Part shown: piece by piece, positions 1-13,599 of the stretch | Numbering within the stretch: position 1 is the first letter of the stretch | How the letters are laid out: every line of letters begins with the position of its first letter | Origin: Octopus vulgaris | Lineage: Eukaryota | Reading direction: 5' to 3' | NCBI GenBank assembly: GCA_951406725.2 | Contig: OX597824.1 | Span: 44,578,001-44,642,000, forward strand | DNA length: 64,000 bases | The notes under the pieces: generated by a model | Databases searched by the model: none | The model's input: the letters and a program-made list of their open reading frames with translations, nothing else | What the model was told of the DNA's origin: nothing | Program-made: the position numbers and the translations under genes

Positions 1-830
1 ATTCTCAATATTTATCCCACCACATTATTTTCAGATGGTATTGCATATTGTTTTAGAGACATCACGTCACACAATGGGGTAGTACTTTGATGACATTTTT
101 GGGTAGCTACTGATCATGTGATGTCTTCCACAGAAACGTAGCATAATTGATATTATCAGTTGTATCTTGAAGCTCCAAGGGTTTTAGTGTCTCTTTTGTT
201 CATTAGATAATTTGTTGCAATCTCCTGCTCTTGGATTGCAAATACAGAGCTTTTGAAGTGTAGTATGATACAGTAGTTGCAAGTCCAAGAAAGATTGTAT
301 TTCACATCAATATTAGTGTCATTTTCAAGTCTTCAAGAAACATATCCATGTATAGTCTTTCTTAGGTATTTCAAATCTTAGTCTTTTTTGAGGTATGTTA
401 GTTCAACTGTTTTAAGGTAGTGTGGGAGGTTTCAGGAAGACAGTTCTTTCTAAGAAGCTTACAGTTGATTCATAGGATGTTGCTCTTTTTGCCTTTTATT
501 GGGTTTATATATTTATTTTCACTGCTGTTGTTTAGCAGGTGATATCTGAGAGATATTACAAAATATTTAAAGTCTGTCTGCACTGATCTCAAGCCTCTAC
601 CTCCCTCATCTCTTCTTAGGTAGAGCCTGTCAATATCAGTTTTTGTGGAAGCTTCCAGTTGATATCAGGATCATGCAGGTTTTAATGCCTATAGAGTGGA
701 TTTCATTTACAGACCAGTCAAGTATCTCAAATGTTGGCATCAACACTGGTACTGCAAATGCATTGTGGGATACAGTCTTGTAAGAAGGGAGTGCTGACTG
801 CTATATTCTTCTAAGTCTGGTATAATATTC
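1..830 (-). mobile_element. Decayed R4/Dong-like (restriction-like endonuclease) non-LTR retrotransposon fragment, post-RT region
   Basis: Minus-strand translation pieces AFAVPVLMPTFEILDWS, TDIDRLYLRRDEGGRGL and QEQEIATNY resemble recalled R4/Dong C-terminal motifs. Many stops and frameshifts; boundaries approximate. Confidence 0.6.
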
Positions 831-869
831 TTGGGTCACTATATTTATTCACAGCACCATTTATATATA

Positions 870-1980
870 TATGTTTTCATCAGGACCTGCCATTGATGCA
901 AAGATTGTGAGTTTGGAGCCACCTCTATGAAAACACAAATAGTGAGCAGTGTTCCACAGGGCACTATATTGTGACCACTGCTTTTTATAGTGGCCCACTC
1001 CGATATGCCCGCAAGTACCCAGATAGTCACCCTAGCAAGCTATGCAGAAGATACAAAAGTTTCGCAGAAAATACAGAACCCCAGCAAAGTTGCACATCTG
1101 CAGCAGGAGTTGGACTCAATTTACAGATGGGCTGATGATAATAATATGCAGTTTAATGCTGAAAAATTCCAAGCCCTGTGCTACCAGCATCCAAAACTGA
1201 ATATGAAACTTACAGGGCACACGGTTCCACAGGGAATTTCAATCCCAGAGCCTAAATCAGTGAGGGACCTGGGTATTGACATGTGCACATTACAAGGATG
1301 GCGACAAAGTGCAGACGACTGGCTGGCTGGATCCTGAGAACCAGAGATAAGGAAACCATGATGGTCCTCTGGAGGACATTCGTCCTCAGCCACCTGGATT
1401 ACTGTTCACAGCTATGATCACCCACAAGTGTGAAATTAACAGTGGATCTTGAAGCAATCCAGAGAAGATTCACAAAGAACATCGTCTCTTTGCACCTGTT
1501 CAGCTACTGGGAAAGGCTGAAATAGCTAAGACTCTACTCCCTGGAGAGAAGGCAGGAGAGGTATGCAGTAATATACATCTGAAAGATCCTGGAAGGAATT
1601 GTGCCAAATTTTGGCATTGAAAGCAACACCAATGCCGAACGGAACAATACTGCATAGTGCCAAAGATATCAGCAATGCAATCGCGCTTCAGGACCAGTTA
1701 CTGCAACAGCTTGGGTTTCAGGGGCCCACAGCTTTTTAATATTTTCCCAAAGAGCCTGAGGAACCTGCACAAAGTAGATGTAGGCGTTTTTAAATCAAAA
1801 CTGGACCTCTTCCTGTCAAGAGTCCCAGATGAACCTACCTTACGGCAAGAGGTGCAAATGAGGGAAGCTACATAAAACTCCATTCTTCACGAAGTGCCAC
1901 ATATTAATAACATTGTAGCAAAACGGCGGTGCATCAGCATGGCCGCAGCTATGAGCTGAAACTACAGCAAAAAAAAAAAA
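870..1980 (+). mobile_element. 5'-truncated, decayed CR1/L2-group LINE 3' fragment (RT C-half) ending in an A-run
   Basis: SSVPQGTIL*PLLF and SYAEDTK (degenerate YADD), then LDSIYRWADDNNMQFNAEK and VRDLGI; ORFs 990-1337 and 1657-1875; A-run at 1969-1980. Confidence 0.8.
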
Positions 1981-2002
1981 TATATATATACTTTATATAT
2001 AT

Positions 2003-2049
<47 letters not shown>

Positions 2050-2054
<5 letters not shown>

Positions 2055-3029
2055 TCTTAGAGCGAGTTATAAACAGTAGCTGCAACACATTGTGATGTAT
2101 ATTTGCCATTTAAATATGGCTAACCCCTAAGGGTGGATGCTACTGTAGTTTGTAGCCCCAGGAGGACACCTCCTCCAGCTGGCTTTAGACACACTTTCTG
2201 TGCCCTATCAGTATTTGCAAAGGGATGGCTTCCCTTTAATTAATGCTAGCAGTAATGCTTCACGTAGAACTAGGACTAGGAAAGTTTTGTGGTTTAACCC
2301 ACCTTTCAATTTGGCAGTAAAAACAAATATAGGTAGGGAATTCTTGAAATAAGTCTCTAGGCATTTTCAACCTGACCATGAATTTTATAGAATATTTAAT
2401 AGAACGCTTAAGATCAGCTATTCTCACTGCAGAAACTTCGCCTCTTTTGTTAACCAACACAACAGTAGGATAATTGCTAATAAGCATAGTGCCAATTCTC
2501 TAAAAATTTTTGAAATTGCAAAGATGGGTCCTCCTGTCCATTGGAAGGAAAATGTCTGGAGAAAGGAATCGTATATAGACCCAAGGTACAGATAGATGGC
2601 TTGCGCGATTATAGAACTTATACAGGGGCTTCTGAAAATTCTTTTAAAACCCGATTCTATTCGCATAAACATTCCTTTAGATACTCCGAATATAGGACGA
2701 AGACCAGTCTGGTGAAATATGTCTGGGAATTAAAAGAAAAAGAAGCCCGACCTTTCAACATGACATGGAGTATTTTGGATAGAGCTGCACCATACAGGCA
2801 CGGTGCTCATAAAAGAATGATCAAGTGCGATTTATGTCTACTGGAAAAATATTTTATTTTATTCCAGGACAATAATTCTTTAAATCAAAGAAGCGAACTC
2901 TTGAATTCCTGCAGACACGCAACTAAATTTAAAATGTTAACTAGCAATATCCCATATCGAAAGCGTATATTTTTGATTCTACGACTAGTTTTTGATCACA
3001 CTGTTGGATTTGTTTCGTATTATGCATGA
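2050..3029 (+). mobile_element. Penelope-like element fragment: GIY-YIG endonuclease C-terminal ORF with an upstream, probably inverted pseudo-LTR segment
   Basis: ORF 2541-3029 reads CPLEGKCLEKGIVY...TYTGASENSFKTRFYSH...KCDLCLLEKYFIL...LNQRSELLNSCRH, the pattern of the Penelope GIY-YIG domain. Segment 2100-2235 carries a hammerhead-like relic on the minus strand. Confidence 0.8.
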
Positions 3030-3942
3030 TTTATTCTGCATCACAAAGTTTTTGTATATATTTCGACATATTTCTTAAGGAAAACTTTCGACTGTTATAT
3101 ACAAATATTATTATTTTGTTTAGGATTCTGCTTTTATTTTATTTTATTTTATTGTATTTTATAAACCCATTTTAATTGCTTGATTTATAAATAATTTGAT
3201 ATAGGGTGTTCTATTTTGCATGTATTTTATTTAAATTTTATTATTATGCACTCAGCAATTTTTTAAAATAATGTTGTTCGTATATATATATATCAGGACC
3301 TAGACATGTTTTTATGTAACTATTTGCATTGTTGGCATGCATATGTATTCGTATGTATGTGCCTATGTATATGTGTAAGTAAGCATGTATGTTTATACTT
3401 ATGCACATACATACATGGATGTACATGTATGCATGTATTCACTTGAATTTGTGTGATTGTGTATTTACGTACTTATCTCTGTATATTTATATGTGTATTT
3501 ACTGCTAATATACACTTTTATATACACATGTATACGAAATTTTATTTTGTGAACGTTCATTATGCATATTCAGACTTCTTTCTTTCTTCCTTTCTTTCGT
3601 TATTTTTCTCCCCCTATTCGTTACTTGTATAGAGTCCTGTAACTTTACGCCCCCCCCACCTTCTCTTACTCACTTCTTTAGCTATCTGTTGCTTATAAGA
3701 TTGTTACCTTTTCTTTTCTTTTTCTTCCCCTCCCTGTGTTTTACTTCTCGTCGATATGTGTACACCAAGTGATTTTTGCATGCGGACAAGATTGCGTATA
3801 CATATGTATATGTGTATTTGTGTGTATATTTACATCTTGCATATATATGTCTGCATATGTATGTGGTCTGTGTACATCTATCTGTGTATTTTGATGTATA
3901 TATGTATATTGATGATTTAGTATGCGTATATACTGTTGTGAA

Positions 3943-3999
<57 letters not shown>

Positions 4000-4005
<6 letters not shown>

Positions 4006-5272
4006 GGCCCTGCTCGATCTGTAGAAAAGGCGTAGGTAGGAACTCTATAAGATGCACCAAGTGTAAGCTATGGACACATAAGAGGTGCAGCAATGTCAAA
4101 GGAAGGCTAACTAGGAATATAGTTTTTGTATGTAGCAGATGCTCTGGTGCAATAAACACTGAAAATGCGCAGAGACCAACTTCCGCCAAGGAGAAAAACT
4201 AGAAATAGTTGATAGTTTCCGTTACCTAGGTGATCAAGTCAGTAGCGGGGGTGGGTGTGCCAAAAGTGTAACTGTTAGAGAAAGAATAGCCTGGGCAAAG
4301 TTCAGAGAGCTCTTACCTCTGCTGGTGACAAAAGGCCTCTCGCTCAGAGTAAAAGGCAGACTGTATGATGCATGTGTACGAACAGCCATGCTACATGGCA
4401 GTGAAACATGGGCCGTGACTGCTGAGGATATGTGTAAGCTCGCAAGAAATGAAGCCAGTATGCTCCGATGGATATGTAATGTCAGTGTTCATACCCGACA
4501 GAGTGTAAGTGCCTTGAGAGAAAAATTGGACCTAAGAAGCATCAGATGTGGTGTGCAAGAGAGACGTCTATGCTGGTATGGACACGTGGTAAGAATGGAT
4601 GAAGATAGTTGTGTGAAAAAGTGCCACACCCTAGCAGTTGAGGGAACCTGTGGAAGAGGTAGACCCAGGAAAACCTGGGACGAGGTGGTGAAACACGACC
4701 TTCGCTCTTTAGGTCTCACCGAGGAAATGACCAGAGACTGAGACCATTGGAAGTATGCTGTGCGTGAGAAGACCCGGCAGGACAAGTGAGGCAACAACCC
4801 GTGGTCCCTACCTGGGGACGTAGTCAGTCCACCTGTGCATACCTACCTTCTTGGGACACATAACTCTACTTGTGAAGACCTGTTGAGGCAAGTGAAAATC
4901 AAAGAATCAAATCAAAATCAAAATCGATCAACATCAATGGAATTTGTAGTTTGTGGTACCAGTGCCGGTGGCACATAAGAGAACCATCCGAATGTGGCCG
5001 TAGCCAGCACCGCATCGACTGGCCTCCGTGCCGGTGGCACATAAAAAATACTATCCGAGCGTGGCCGTTCGCCAGCCTCGTCTGGCACCTGTGTCGGTGG
5101 CACATAAAAAGCACCCACTACACTCATGGAGTGGTTGGCGTTAGGAAGGGCATCCAGCTGTAGAAACACCGCCAGATCTGACTGGCCTGGTGCAGCCTTC
5201 GGGCTTCCTGGACCCCAGTTGAACCGTCCATGGAAAGCGGACGTTAAACGATGATGATGATGATGGTGATGA

Positions 5273-5276
<4 letters not shown>
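4000..5276 (+). mobile_element. RTE-clade LINE 3' fragment with 3' UTR and (GAT)n tail
   Basis: ORF 4325-4741 ([20 protein letters not shown]...RRLCWYGHVVRM...GRGRPRKTW) is a typical RTE C-terminus. Three GTGYCGGTGGCACATAA units in the UTR; GAT repeats at 5249-5276. Confidence 0.9.
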
Positions 5277-5342
<66 letters not shown>

Positions 5343-5397
5343 ATATATGTGTGTGTGTGTGTGTATGTATGTATATATGTGTGTGTGTGTGTGTATG

Positions 5398-5483
<86 letters not shown>

Positions 5484-5486
5484 TAA
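5277..5486. repeat. Compound (TA)n/(TG)n microsatellite
   Basis: Seen directly. Similar tracts at 1981-2050, 3949-3998, 8510-8585 (AG), 12977-13150 (AAT/ATT), 22660-22870 and 37066-37137. Confidence 0.95.
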
Positions 5487-5510
5487 AGTGTAGGTGGCAT
5501 ACGAGTGGGT

Positions 5511-6305
5511 ATATATTTATAAAAAAGAAGTTTGAAAACGCTACTATATAAGATGAATTTTAATTTTCTTAGATATTTTACATGTTTTAGTTCGTGAAAA
5601 AACGAACCTTAGCAAAAATATTTTTAAAAGTTAAGTGTAATAAAAAAGTTCATAATCGTTTCTTACTAGTCTCGACAGAGTCCACGTGGTAGTGTTTTGT
5701 GAGGAGAGGAACATAATGGCTGTGTTGTGTGTTGACTAGATTCAGTCGCTGTAATTATGAAACAATTACTCTTTTCTTTGTTTCGGTCATTTGACTGCGG
5801 CCATGCTGGAGCACCACCTTTAATTGAGCAACTCGATCCCGGGACTTATTCTTTTGTAAGCCGAGTACTTATTCTATCGGTCTCTTTTGCCAAACTGCTA
5901 AGTAACGGGGACATAAACACACCAGCATCGGTTGTCAAGCAATGCTAGGTGGACGAACACGGAGACACACACACACTCATATATATATACATATATACGA
6001 CGGGCTTCTTTCAGTTTCCGTCTACCAAATCCACTCACAGAGCTTTGGTCGGCCCGAGGCTATAGTAGAAGACATTTGCCCAAGGTGCCACGCAGTGGGA
6101 CTGAACCCGGAACCATGTGGTTGGTAAACAAGCTACTTACCACACAGCCACTCCTGCACCTATGAGCTTTTTTATTACACTTATCTTTTAAAAATATTTT
6201 TGATAAAGTTCGTTTTTTCAAGAAGAACCGAAACATGTAAAATCTCTAAGAAAATTAAAATTTATCTTATATAGTAGCATTTTCAAACTTCTTTTTATAA
6301 ATATA
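5511..6305. repeat. Foldback element with ~140 bp inverted arms enclosing a SINE
   Basis: 5511-5653 (ataaaaaagaagtttgaaaacgctactatataagat...) is the reverse complement of 6161-6305 with scattered mismatches. Confidence 0.8.
5767..6158 (-). mobile_element. tRNA-derived SINE
   Basis: Minus-strand head GCAGGAGTGGCTGTGTGGTAAG (A-box-like) ... GGTTCAGTCCC (B-box-like), central (TG/TA)n and conserved 3' part. Related copies at about 7505-7790(+), 10985-11350(+), 16500-16737(-), 46335-46500(+), 51100-51250(-), 57770-57900(+) and 63810-63960(-). Confidence 0.8.
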
Positions 6306-9229
6306 TATATATATATATACATTATAGACTCTCTCATCATTAGATGGCCGATGAGAGTTCCAGAATTTCTTGCTGAACAACTAAATGGATGATTTGTTTA
6401 TAGTGATCAAATGTTTATGTTTCACATAGGCACATTACCTCCATCATATCAACATTGCCTCTACAGGTGCACGAGTGTCAAATGTTGAAATGAGCACAGA
6501 GGAAGATAAATTGAAGTGATTTGCTCAAAAACACAATATATGTGTGTGTGTGTGTGTATATATGTATAAATATATAAACAAACTATATTTATATAAATAC
6601 ATTCACACATGATTGCATGATGAAAGATAAAGAGAGTGGGGGTAAGTGAAGAATGAAATTTCAAACCTATCTAGCAGTAAATAAGTTTTACCCCACCCAC
6701 CCATCCAATTATTGACCATTCTCCAATCTCACTAGACAGGACTTATTTAGTGTAAACAGCACATCAAGTGATTGGCTGAATGAGATCTGTCCTTCATCTT
6801 TTATTAACCTAATCTAAAAAGTGTGTGAGTGAAAGGGAGAGAAGCGAGAAAGTGAGAGAGAGAGTTTGTCAGAATAAGCTGTGACTAGTCATTGTTGGAA
6901 CTTGGTAATTAACAATAAACAAATCATAGTCATTCAGTAGCTAAAGAGTGTGCATGTGTGTGTGTGTGTGTGTGTATGTAGGGGATATAAGGTCTGTGTG
7001 TGGCTTTGTCTGATGTAAAACTATACACATATGTAATCTTACAATGCGTGCACTTCATTTACAGACATACAGCTATATAACATAAATAGACATGTGTACA
7101 CAAAACACTCACACATATGGCACATACATACATGCATACTTGTGCAGAGATACACATACACACAAACTGAAACACGTGTGTATGTGAACATGTAATGACA
7201 CAAATTGTCAACATAACATCAAAAATAGTCACTAGCTGACTACTATGCAATTAGACCTGGGCGTGTGTGTGTGTGTTTGCATATGGTGTGTATTTGTGTA
7301 CATGTATGTGTGTGTGTTTGTGTATGTCAGCAATTAGCAATGTTGTTGCCATTTAGCCCCAGGTCAGCAGTCTGACTGTTACCTGTCCTTTCATAGCTTC
7401 ACACTGAAATTTATTTTCTTTGCGATAGGCTGATATTAAGGAATCACCTCTCTAATTTTATATTACTCATATACACTGTGAAGGTGTATTTATGAATGAT
7501 TTAGGTACAGGTGTGGCTGTGCTACCCAATCACATGGTTTGGGGTTCAGTCCCACTGTGTAGCACCTTGAGTAAGTTGCTTCCATTCTACTCCCAGGTTG
7601 CCCAAAGCCATGTACATGAATCCCGTATTGAAGCAGATGAAAGAAGCCTGTAATATATACATATATGTATGTATGAAGGTGTGTGTGTGTACATTACTTT
7701 CTCTTTGCCTTGATATCACATGATAGTTGTAAACGTATGACATTGTTATGCAAGCAGTGTCCTTTGTTTCTAATCTTCTGCGAAAATATGTCTGGTCATG
7801 GGAAGGCTCAGTGATTAGAGCATTGGGCTCACAATCATGAAGTAGTGAGTTTGATTCCTGGACCGGGCTGTGTGTTGTTTTCTTGGGCAAGACACTTTAT
7901 TTCATGTTGCTCTAGTTCACTCAGCTGTAGAAATGAGTTGCAACGTCACAGGTGCCAAGCTGTATCAGCCTTTGCCTTTCCTTGGATAACATTGGTGGCA
8001 TGGAGAGGGAAGGCTGGTATGTATGGGCAACTTTCTAGGTGCAATCCTTTGGTCATTCATGACCAAAGGTGGGGGGATGTCTTTTTTTTTTTTACATGGG
8101 GAAATATTACCTTACTTAGAATCAGGTGAGGGTTGATGAGAGGAAAGGCATCCAGATGTAGAAACTTCACCTCAACAAATGACATTTGACCCATGCAATC
8201 AGGGAAAAGTCGACATTTAAGTGATACTGATGAACAGTGATATATATATATAAGACTGAATTTACAAAAGGGAGAAAAAAGTACTCAATATATATATATA
8301 ATAGATTAATAAAATGTATATTCATGTTATTCAAAGAGGAGGCTATTCTTCATCAGTTTGAAGTGGGGAGCTCACAGTTATGTATATCATGTGTGCATAA
8401 GCATGCATGTGTGTGTGTATGTGTTTGTGTGTGTTTTGTGTATTTTTTGAGAACTGGCATGTTTGTTCATAATGATTTCTTATAACAATAACTTCTAGAT
8501 CTATAGAACAGAGAGAGAGAAAGAGAGAGAGAGAAAGAAAGAGAGAGAGAAAGAGGGAGAGAGAAAGAAAGAGAGGGAGAGAGAGTATTAGGTCTTATAT
8601 CATAAGTAATATCAACTAAATGCAAAAGTTAATCTTGCAAAAAGACTTTCATCATAATGACAACTTGTTGTCGAGAGAGAGAGAGAGAGAGAAAGAGAGT
8701 GCGTGTGTGTATGAAAGATAGATAGATAGGTAGACTGTTGTCACCACACTACCTAACAAGACTTCCAATATATAACAGTCTACTATTAAAAGAAGGTACA
8801 TGTATGATTGACAAATATTTTTACCGGCAGTGTAGCGACATGTAACGAACTAGTATCAACTAAATGCAAAACAGTTATTCCCACATGATTATCATTACCA
8901 TTGTTTTAGTGTTCACATTTTCATACTCACATGAGTAAGACAGAATTCACTGAGGCAGATTTCCTATGACCAGCTGCCCTTTCTGTTGACAGCCTTCACC
9001 TGTTTCCAAGTAAGGTAATATTTCCCTATGGCTGGACATGTTTTCACAGAAGATTAGAAATGAATAACATTTCCTATGTAACAGTAACACTCATTTACAA
9101 CTTTTTCACCCATGCATGCATGCACACACACACACAAAATGATATGAAAGTAATTAGATGCATACCTGCTCCACTCAAGCTCACCTGATATCCCTGTGTC
9201 TCACTTTGTTTTGACTCTAAACTCTGCAC

Positions 9230-9490
9230 CAGCAATTCTCAACCATTTGTTTTTACCTATGGACCCCTTTGATCCCTATTTTGCTTGGGTGAACCCTCAT
9301 AGCCATTCAATGTTTAAAAAAAAATCCTCTTGTATTTTTATAATTAAATATTTTTAGAAATTGTATAAATAAAATTCTAAAAATATTTTGTGTATTGTAG
9401 AATTATAACCAATTTATTGCACATAAATTTAAACAATAAAATCTTTTATGGACCTCCAAGGGCCATATGGATCCTGATTAAGAACCACTA
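9230..9490. mobile_element. hAT-type MITE
   Basis: Ends CAGCAATTCTCAACC ... GATTAAGAACCACTA; 8-bp TSD CTCTGCAC (9222-9229) / CTCTACAC (9491-9498). Confidence 0.7.
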
Positions 9491-10394
9491 CTCTACACTA
9501 AGCACTATACCTAATCCTTATCCCTCAAAATATCAACCTTCTAGAATTCCATCTTCACCTTTTTCTGTAGATGTCCTTACAGATGTTTAAATTGAACATC
9601 AACTGTTCAAACTCATTGGTTTGAGGTAGTTGGGAAGAAGACTGCAAAGGTCATAGACACTTCCACTTCTATGTGTGAAACATTAAAAAAGAAGAAAAAT
9701 CCTGCTAAATCTCCTCTTGACCTTTATTTCCTCAGTACCCTCAAGTATTCTTATGTGATATATTGATTCAATCATATGAATCACTGAACAAATAAATGAA
9801 ATGAATAATCATACTTAGCAAAACTTTTACACGCTCAAGTCACATACACACATGCACAAGTACACAGGATACATAGAATATTTTCATAATGAAAATAATG
9901 TTATTGCATAAAAAGCTTACAGTGTTTTGCTTACGCTTTATATTAATAAAATACAAAAAAATAAAAATTGTTAAAGGCTTATCATTGAGTGTTCCAGTTA
10001 GATTTGTGTGAGGATTGTTGTAACTGAGCAAAGGAATAAATTATAATCATGACTTTTCTATCTCTATGGTAGGCATGCACTCAAGTTGGCATTCTGCTTA
10101 CATATCTGGAACAATAGTGCTGCAATACACACACACTGACATACTAAATGGTATCCAAAAGAAACCCATCTGGCTTATTGGTAGGTAGATTTACTCACTA
10201 GCACATTACAACCACTAACTCACAGACATACTATTTCATCTCTCTCCTCTCTCTGGCATTCCTATTGATACTCCAATGGTCTTTACTTCTACACCACTCC
10301 TTCCTCATATTACTCCTACCATGTCACACCTTTCAAACTCTGCATTAAACAGTTTCAAATATTTTACCCACTGAAATTCTTTGTTAGCCCTTAA

Positions 10395-10427
<33 letters not shown>

Positions 10428-10984
10428 CATCATCCTCATCATCATCATCATCATTATTATCATTATTATTATTATTGATGTTTCAAACTACAGATGCTTA
10501 AACTAAACACATTGATCTCATCTTTGAGGTGGGCCTGTGAGGGTTATGGGTACTATCACCACTTTAGCTCTTCTGAATATCTTGTAAAAGTAATATTAAT
10601 AAATCTGGTGTCTTTTTTTTCTAGATTAACATGAAATGATGCCTGAGAAAATTTGTGAGGAAAATGAGGTATAGGGAAACTGTATTGAAGTTTTCTTAAA
10701 GGGACCATTCCACCACCATCTGACCATACATGATTTTTGGTCAAGTTCACTCTGTGAAAAGCATTCATGTCAGGTATTCAATCTGTAGACAACTTCTGCC
10801 ATTTATCTCAACCCTCCACTCTGGGAGACCCTGAAAAAGTGTCACAGCCACAGCCTTTCCTCTATTTATTAAACCATAAGAAAAATTCTACGATAGAGAA
10901 CATTCCAATTTGAAACTTATGATCTAAGAGATGAAAGTGTGAGTTTTGGAGATTTGTTCATGCTGCATGTCAATTCCCATCTTG

Positions 10985-11350
10985 GATGTGTGGTAAGAAT
11001 CTTGCTTCCCAACCACATGGTTCCAGGTTCAATCCCACTGCATGACACCTTGGGCAAGTGTCTTCTGCTATAGCACTGACCTAAGCCTTGTTAGTGGATT
11101 TGGTGGATGGAAACTGAAAGAAGTCTAGTGTGTGTGTGTAATTGAATCTGTGTTTGACCTCCACCACCACTGCTGATGCTGGTGTGTTTACGTCCCCATA
11201 ACTTAGCAGTTCAGCAAAAGAGACCAATAAAATAAGTACCATGCTTTAAAAAAATAGTACTGGGGTTAGTACAGTTGACTGAAAATTCTTCAAGGTAGTG
11301 CCCCAGCATGGCTGCAGTCAAATAACTGAAACAGGTAAAATATAAAAGAT
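10985..11350 (+). mobile_element. tRNA-derived SINE, same family as 5767-6158
   Basis: GTGTGGTAAG...GGTTCAATCCCACTG head; 3' part GTGCCCCAGCATGGCTGCAGTCAAAT; A-rich tail. Confidence 0.75.
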
Positions 11351-12974
11351 AAAACCAACCACAATATTCAGTTTTAATGAATGACATTTACTTCCATATT
11401 GACATGACAAAGGGTGTATTTCTGAAAGCTCTATTGCTGAATACCAGAAATGTGTTTATGTATGTTTGGCAAGAGGTGAGATCATTATATGTTTGTGCTG
11501 GCGAGAAGTGAGAGATGAGAATGGCTGACCAGGAATCCTCTACAAAGCCCCTGCATTCTCTCAAGATCTCTGGCTTCTCTTGAGCCTCTGCTCTGCACTG
11601 TTTGTCCCATGTGTCCTCTTTTATGATCATGTTGTGACAGAAAACTGTGTGGAAATTTCCATTTGAATCACGTGATCATACAAACGTACTTGAAATATGA
11701 TTGGCTTAAATTTAGGCTAAGACCACCAGATATATTGTGGCCATCATCTATTACAGGGCTATTACCACTACAAAATCTTTTGCTTCCTCAACAACTGTAC
11801 AAGTCCTCTAAAAATACCCATGTCGTCTGGACACCACCAAGAAACCATTGTATGGAATTGATATATGACACTAAATGTATATACTAGTCTTTATGTGTGA
11901 CTCCTCTCTTTCATGTTATACACAAGAAAAAAAAAATACATAGTCTAACCATTATTTTTATGCTCTGTGTGTGTATGCCAAAGATAACATTTATTTGCAA
12001 GGAGGGAAATATGCTAGATTTAGCAACAATGGCTGTGAAGGGCAGTGGTGGATGAAGTGTTTAATTGCTATAGAATAGTGGAAGAGCAATTCTCAAAGAT
12101 AGATAAGCTGAAAATAGGTTAATGGTATATACTACTTGAATATACTATTCCACTTGAAATGGTAAATCTACTTGATATACCATTTCAAACCTTGCAAGAG
12201 ATAAGTAGTTATTAAAGGTAAAGAAAGAAAAAAAAAGTGCCTTGGAAATAAAATAGCTACATGTATCATCATATGCAAAAAGAATCTTCTTTAATGATGG
12301 TTAGTGGGTGGGAAGAAGGAATGGCAGAGCTGAAAAGTGAGGAATTCGGTTATATACAAGAGCTGAGTGAATTAAAAGCATTGTAACCATAGAGATCTAA
12401 ACATAGAATAATGTTAGGTGAATAGGTCCATCTTTCACCTTATATTTTTTCTCCCTTCTTTCTTGCTTGAGATAAATAAATCATACAAATAACTTGAGAA
12501 AGATAAAGAAACAGCATTCCTTTTGATTTTTATGAATATAATGATTTCTTAATTCATCAGGCTTAAAGTACTTTTTAATTTTATTTTTTATTTTATGGAG
12601 GAAAATTTCAGAATTGATTAAATTAACTCTGCTAATGTTTATTTTATCAAGTCCTACAAGGCAAAGTTTACACGTTAATGTATTTTTCAATGAAAACAAG
12701 CAGAAACTAAATTACTTTACCATACCATAACCTTGGCAACAACAACAACAACAATTATAATTGTTTGTAATTTAGGTACAAGGTCTAAATTAGCAGCTTC
12801 AAGGTGAGGGAGTTAGTTGATACTATCAAACCCAGTACTTGACTGCTACTTTATTTCACTGGTTCCAGGGGAATGAAAGGTAAAATTGACCCCAGCAAGA
12901 TTTGAATTCAGAAAGTAAAGAACCAAAGGAATATCACAAGTCATTTTGTCTGATGTTCTAAAGCTTCATTAGTC

Positions 12975-13021
<47 letters not shown>

Positions 13022-13116
13022 TAATAATAATAAAAATAAAAATAATATTAATAATAAAAAGTATAATAATAATAATAAAAAATATAATAATAATAATAAA
13101 AAATATAATAATAATA

Positions 13117-13148
<32 letters not shown>

Positions 13149-13599
13149 TACTGTTGTTATAAAGAAATTTTATAACATAGTAAGTGTGAATGAGGTCGAC
13201 AAGGTTTCTTGGAAGGTCTTCATATTTCATATTTTGTAAACATTGTTACTAGAAACTCAAGATGCCTTCATCATATGGAGGAGTGGGAAGGGATGCTTAC
13301 CAGAGTGACGGTAGGACTGTTGTAATCAGATATGCTATTAGAAATTCAAATGAAGACACACTTTTACAGACAGTAATCAGAAGAAAAAAAAAATATTTTA
13401 TAATACAGCACAATATAAACATTTCTTTTACAAGAAAAAAAAATGACTTTTTTGAAGAAAAAAAAAACTTGAATATTCACAGTGTTAAGGCAAACAGCTA
13501 TACAATCAGTGCACACAAAAACATGATCACACACACACAGTCAGATGAATAAAACAAGAAAAAGAATAAGAGTTTTTCATTTGCCAGTATTGCTAACAA

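Noticed and set aside
4960-5115. Spaced palindromic GTGCCGGTGGCAC repeats resembling a CRISPR array (also 34120-34325)
   Set aside because: Eukaryotic context, no cas genes, spacers are related to each other, and the repeats are part of the RTE 3' UTR.
5141-5551. YI/YT/CV-rich ORFs here and at 3776-4024, 22580-22977 and 36995-37183
   Set aside because: Translations of (TA)n, (TG)n and (ATT)n microsatellites; no coding signal.
6080-6158. tRNA gene
   Set aside because: A/B boxes are present but there is no cloverleaf; it is the head of a multi-copy SINE.
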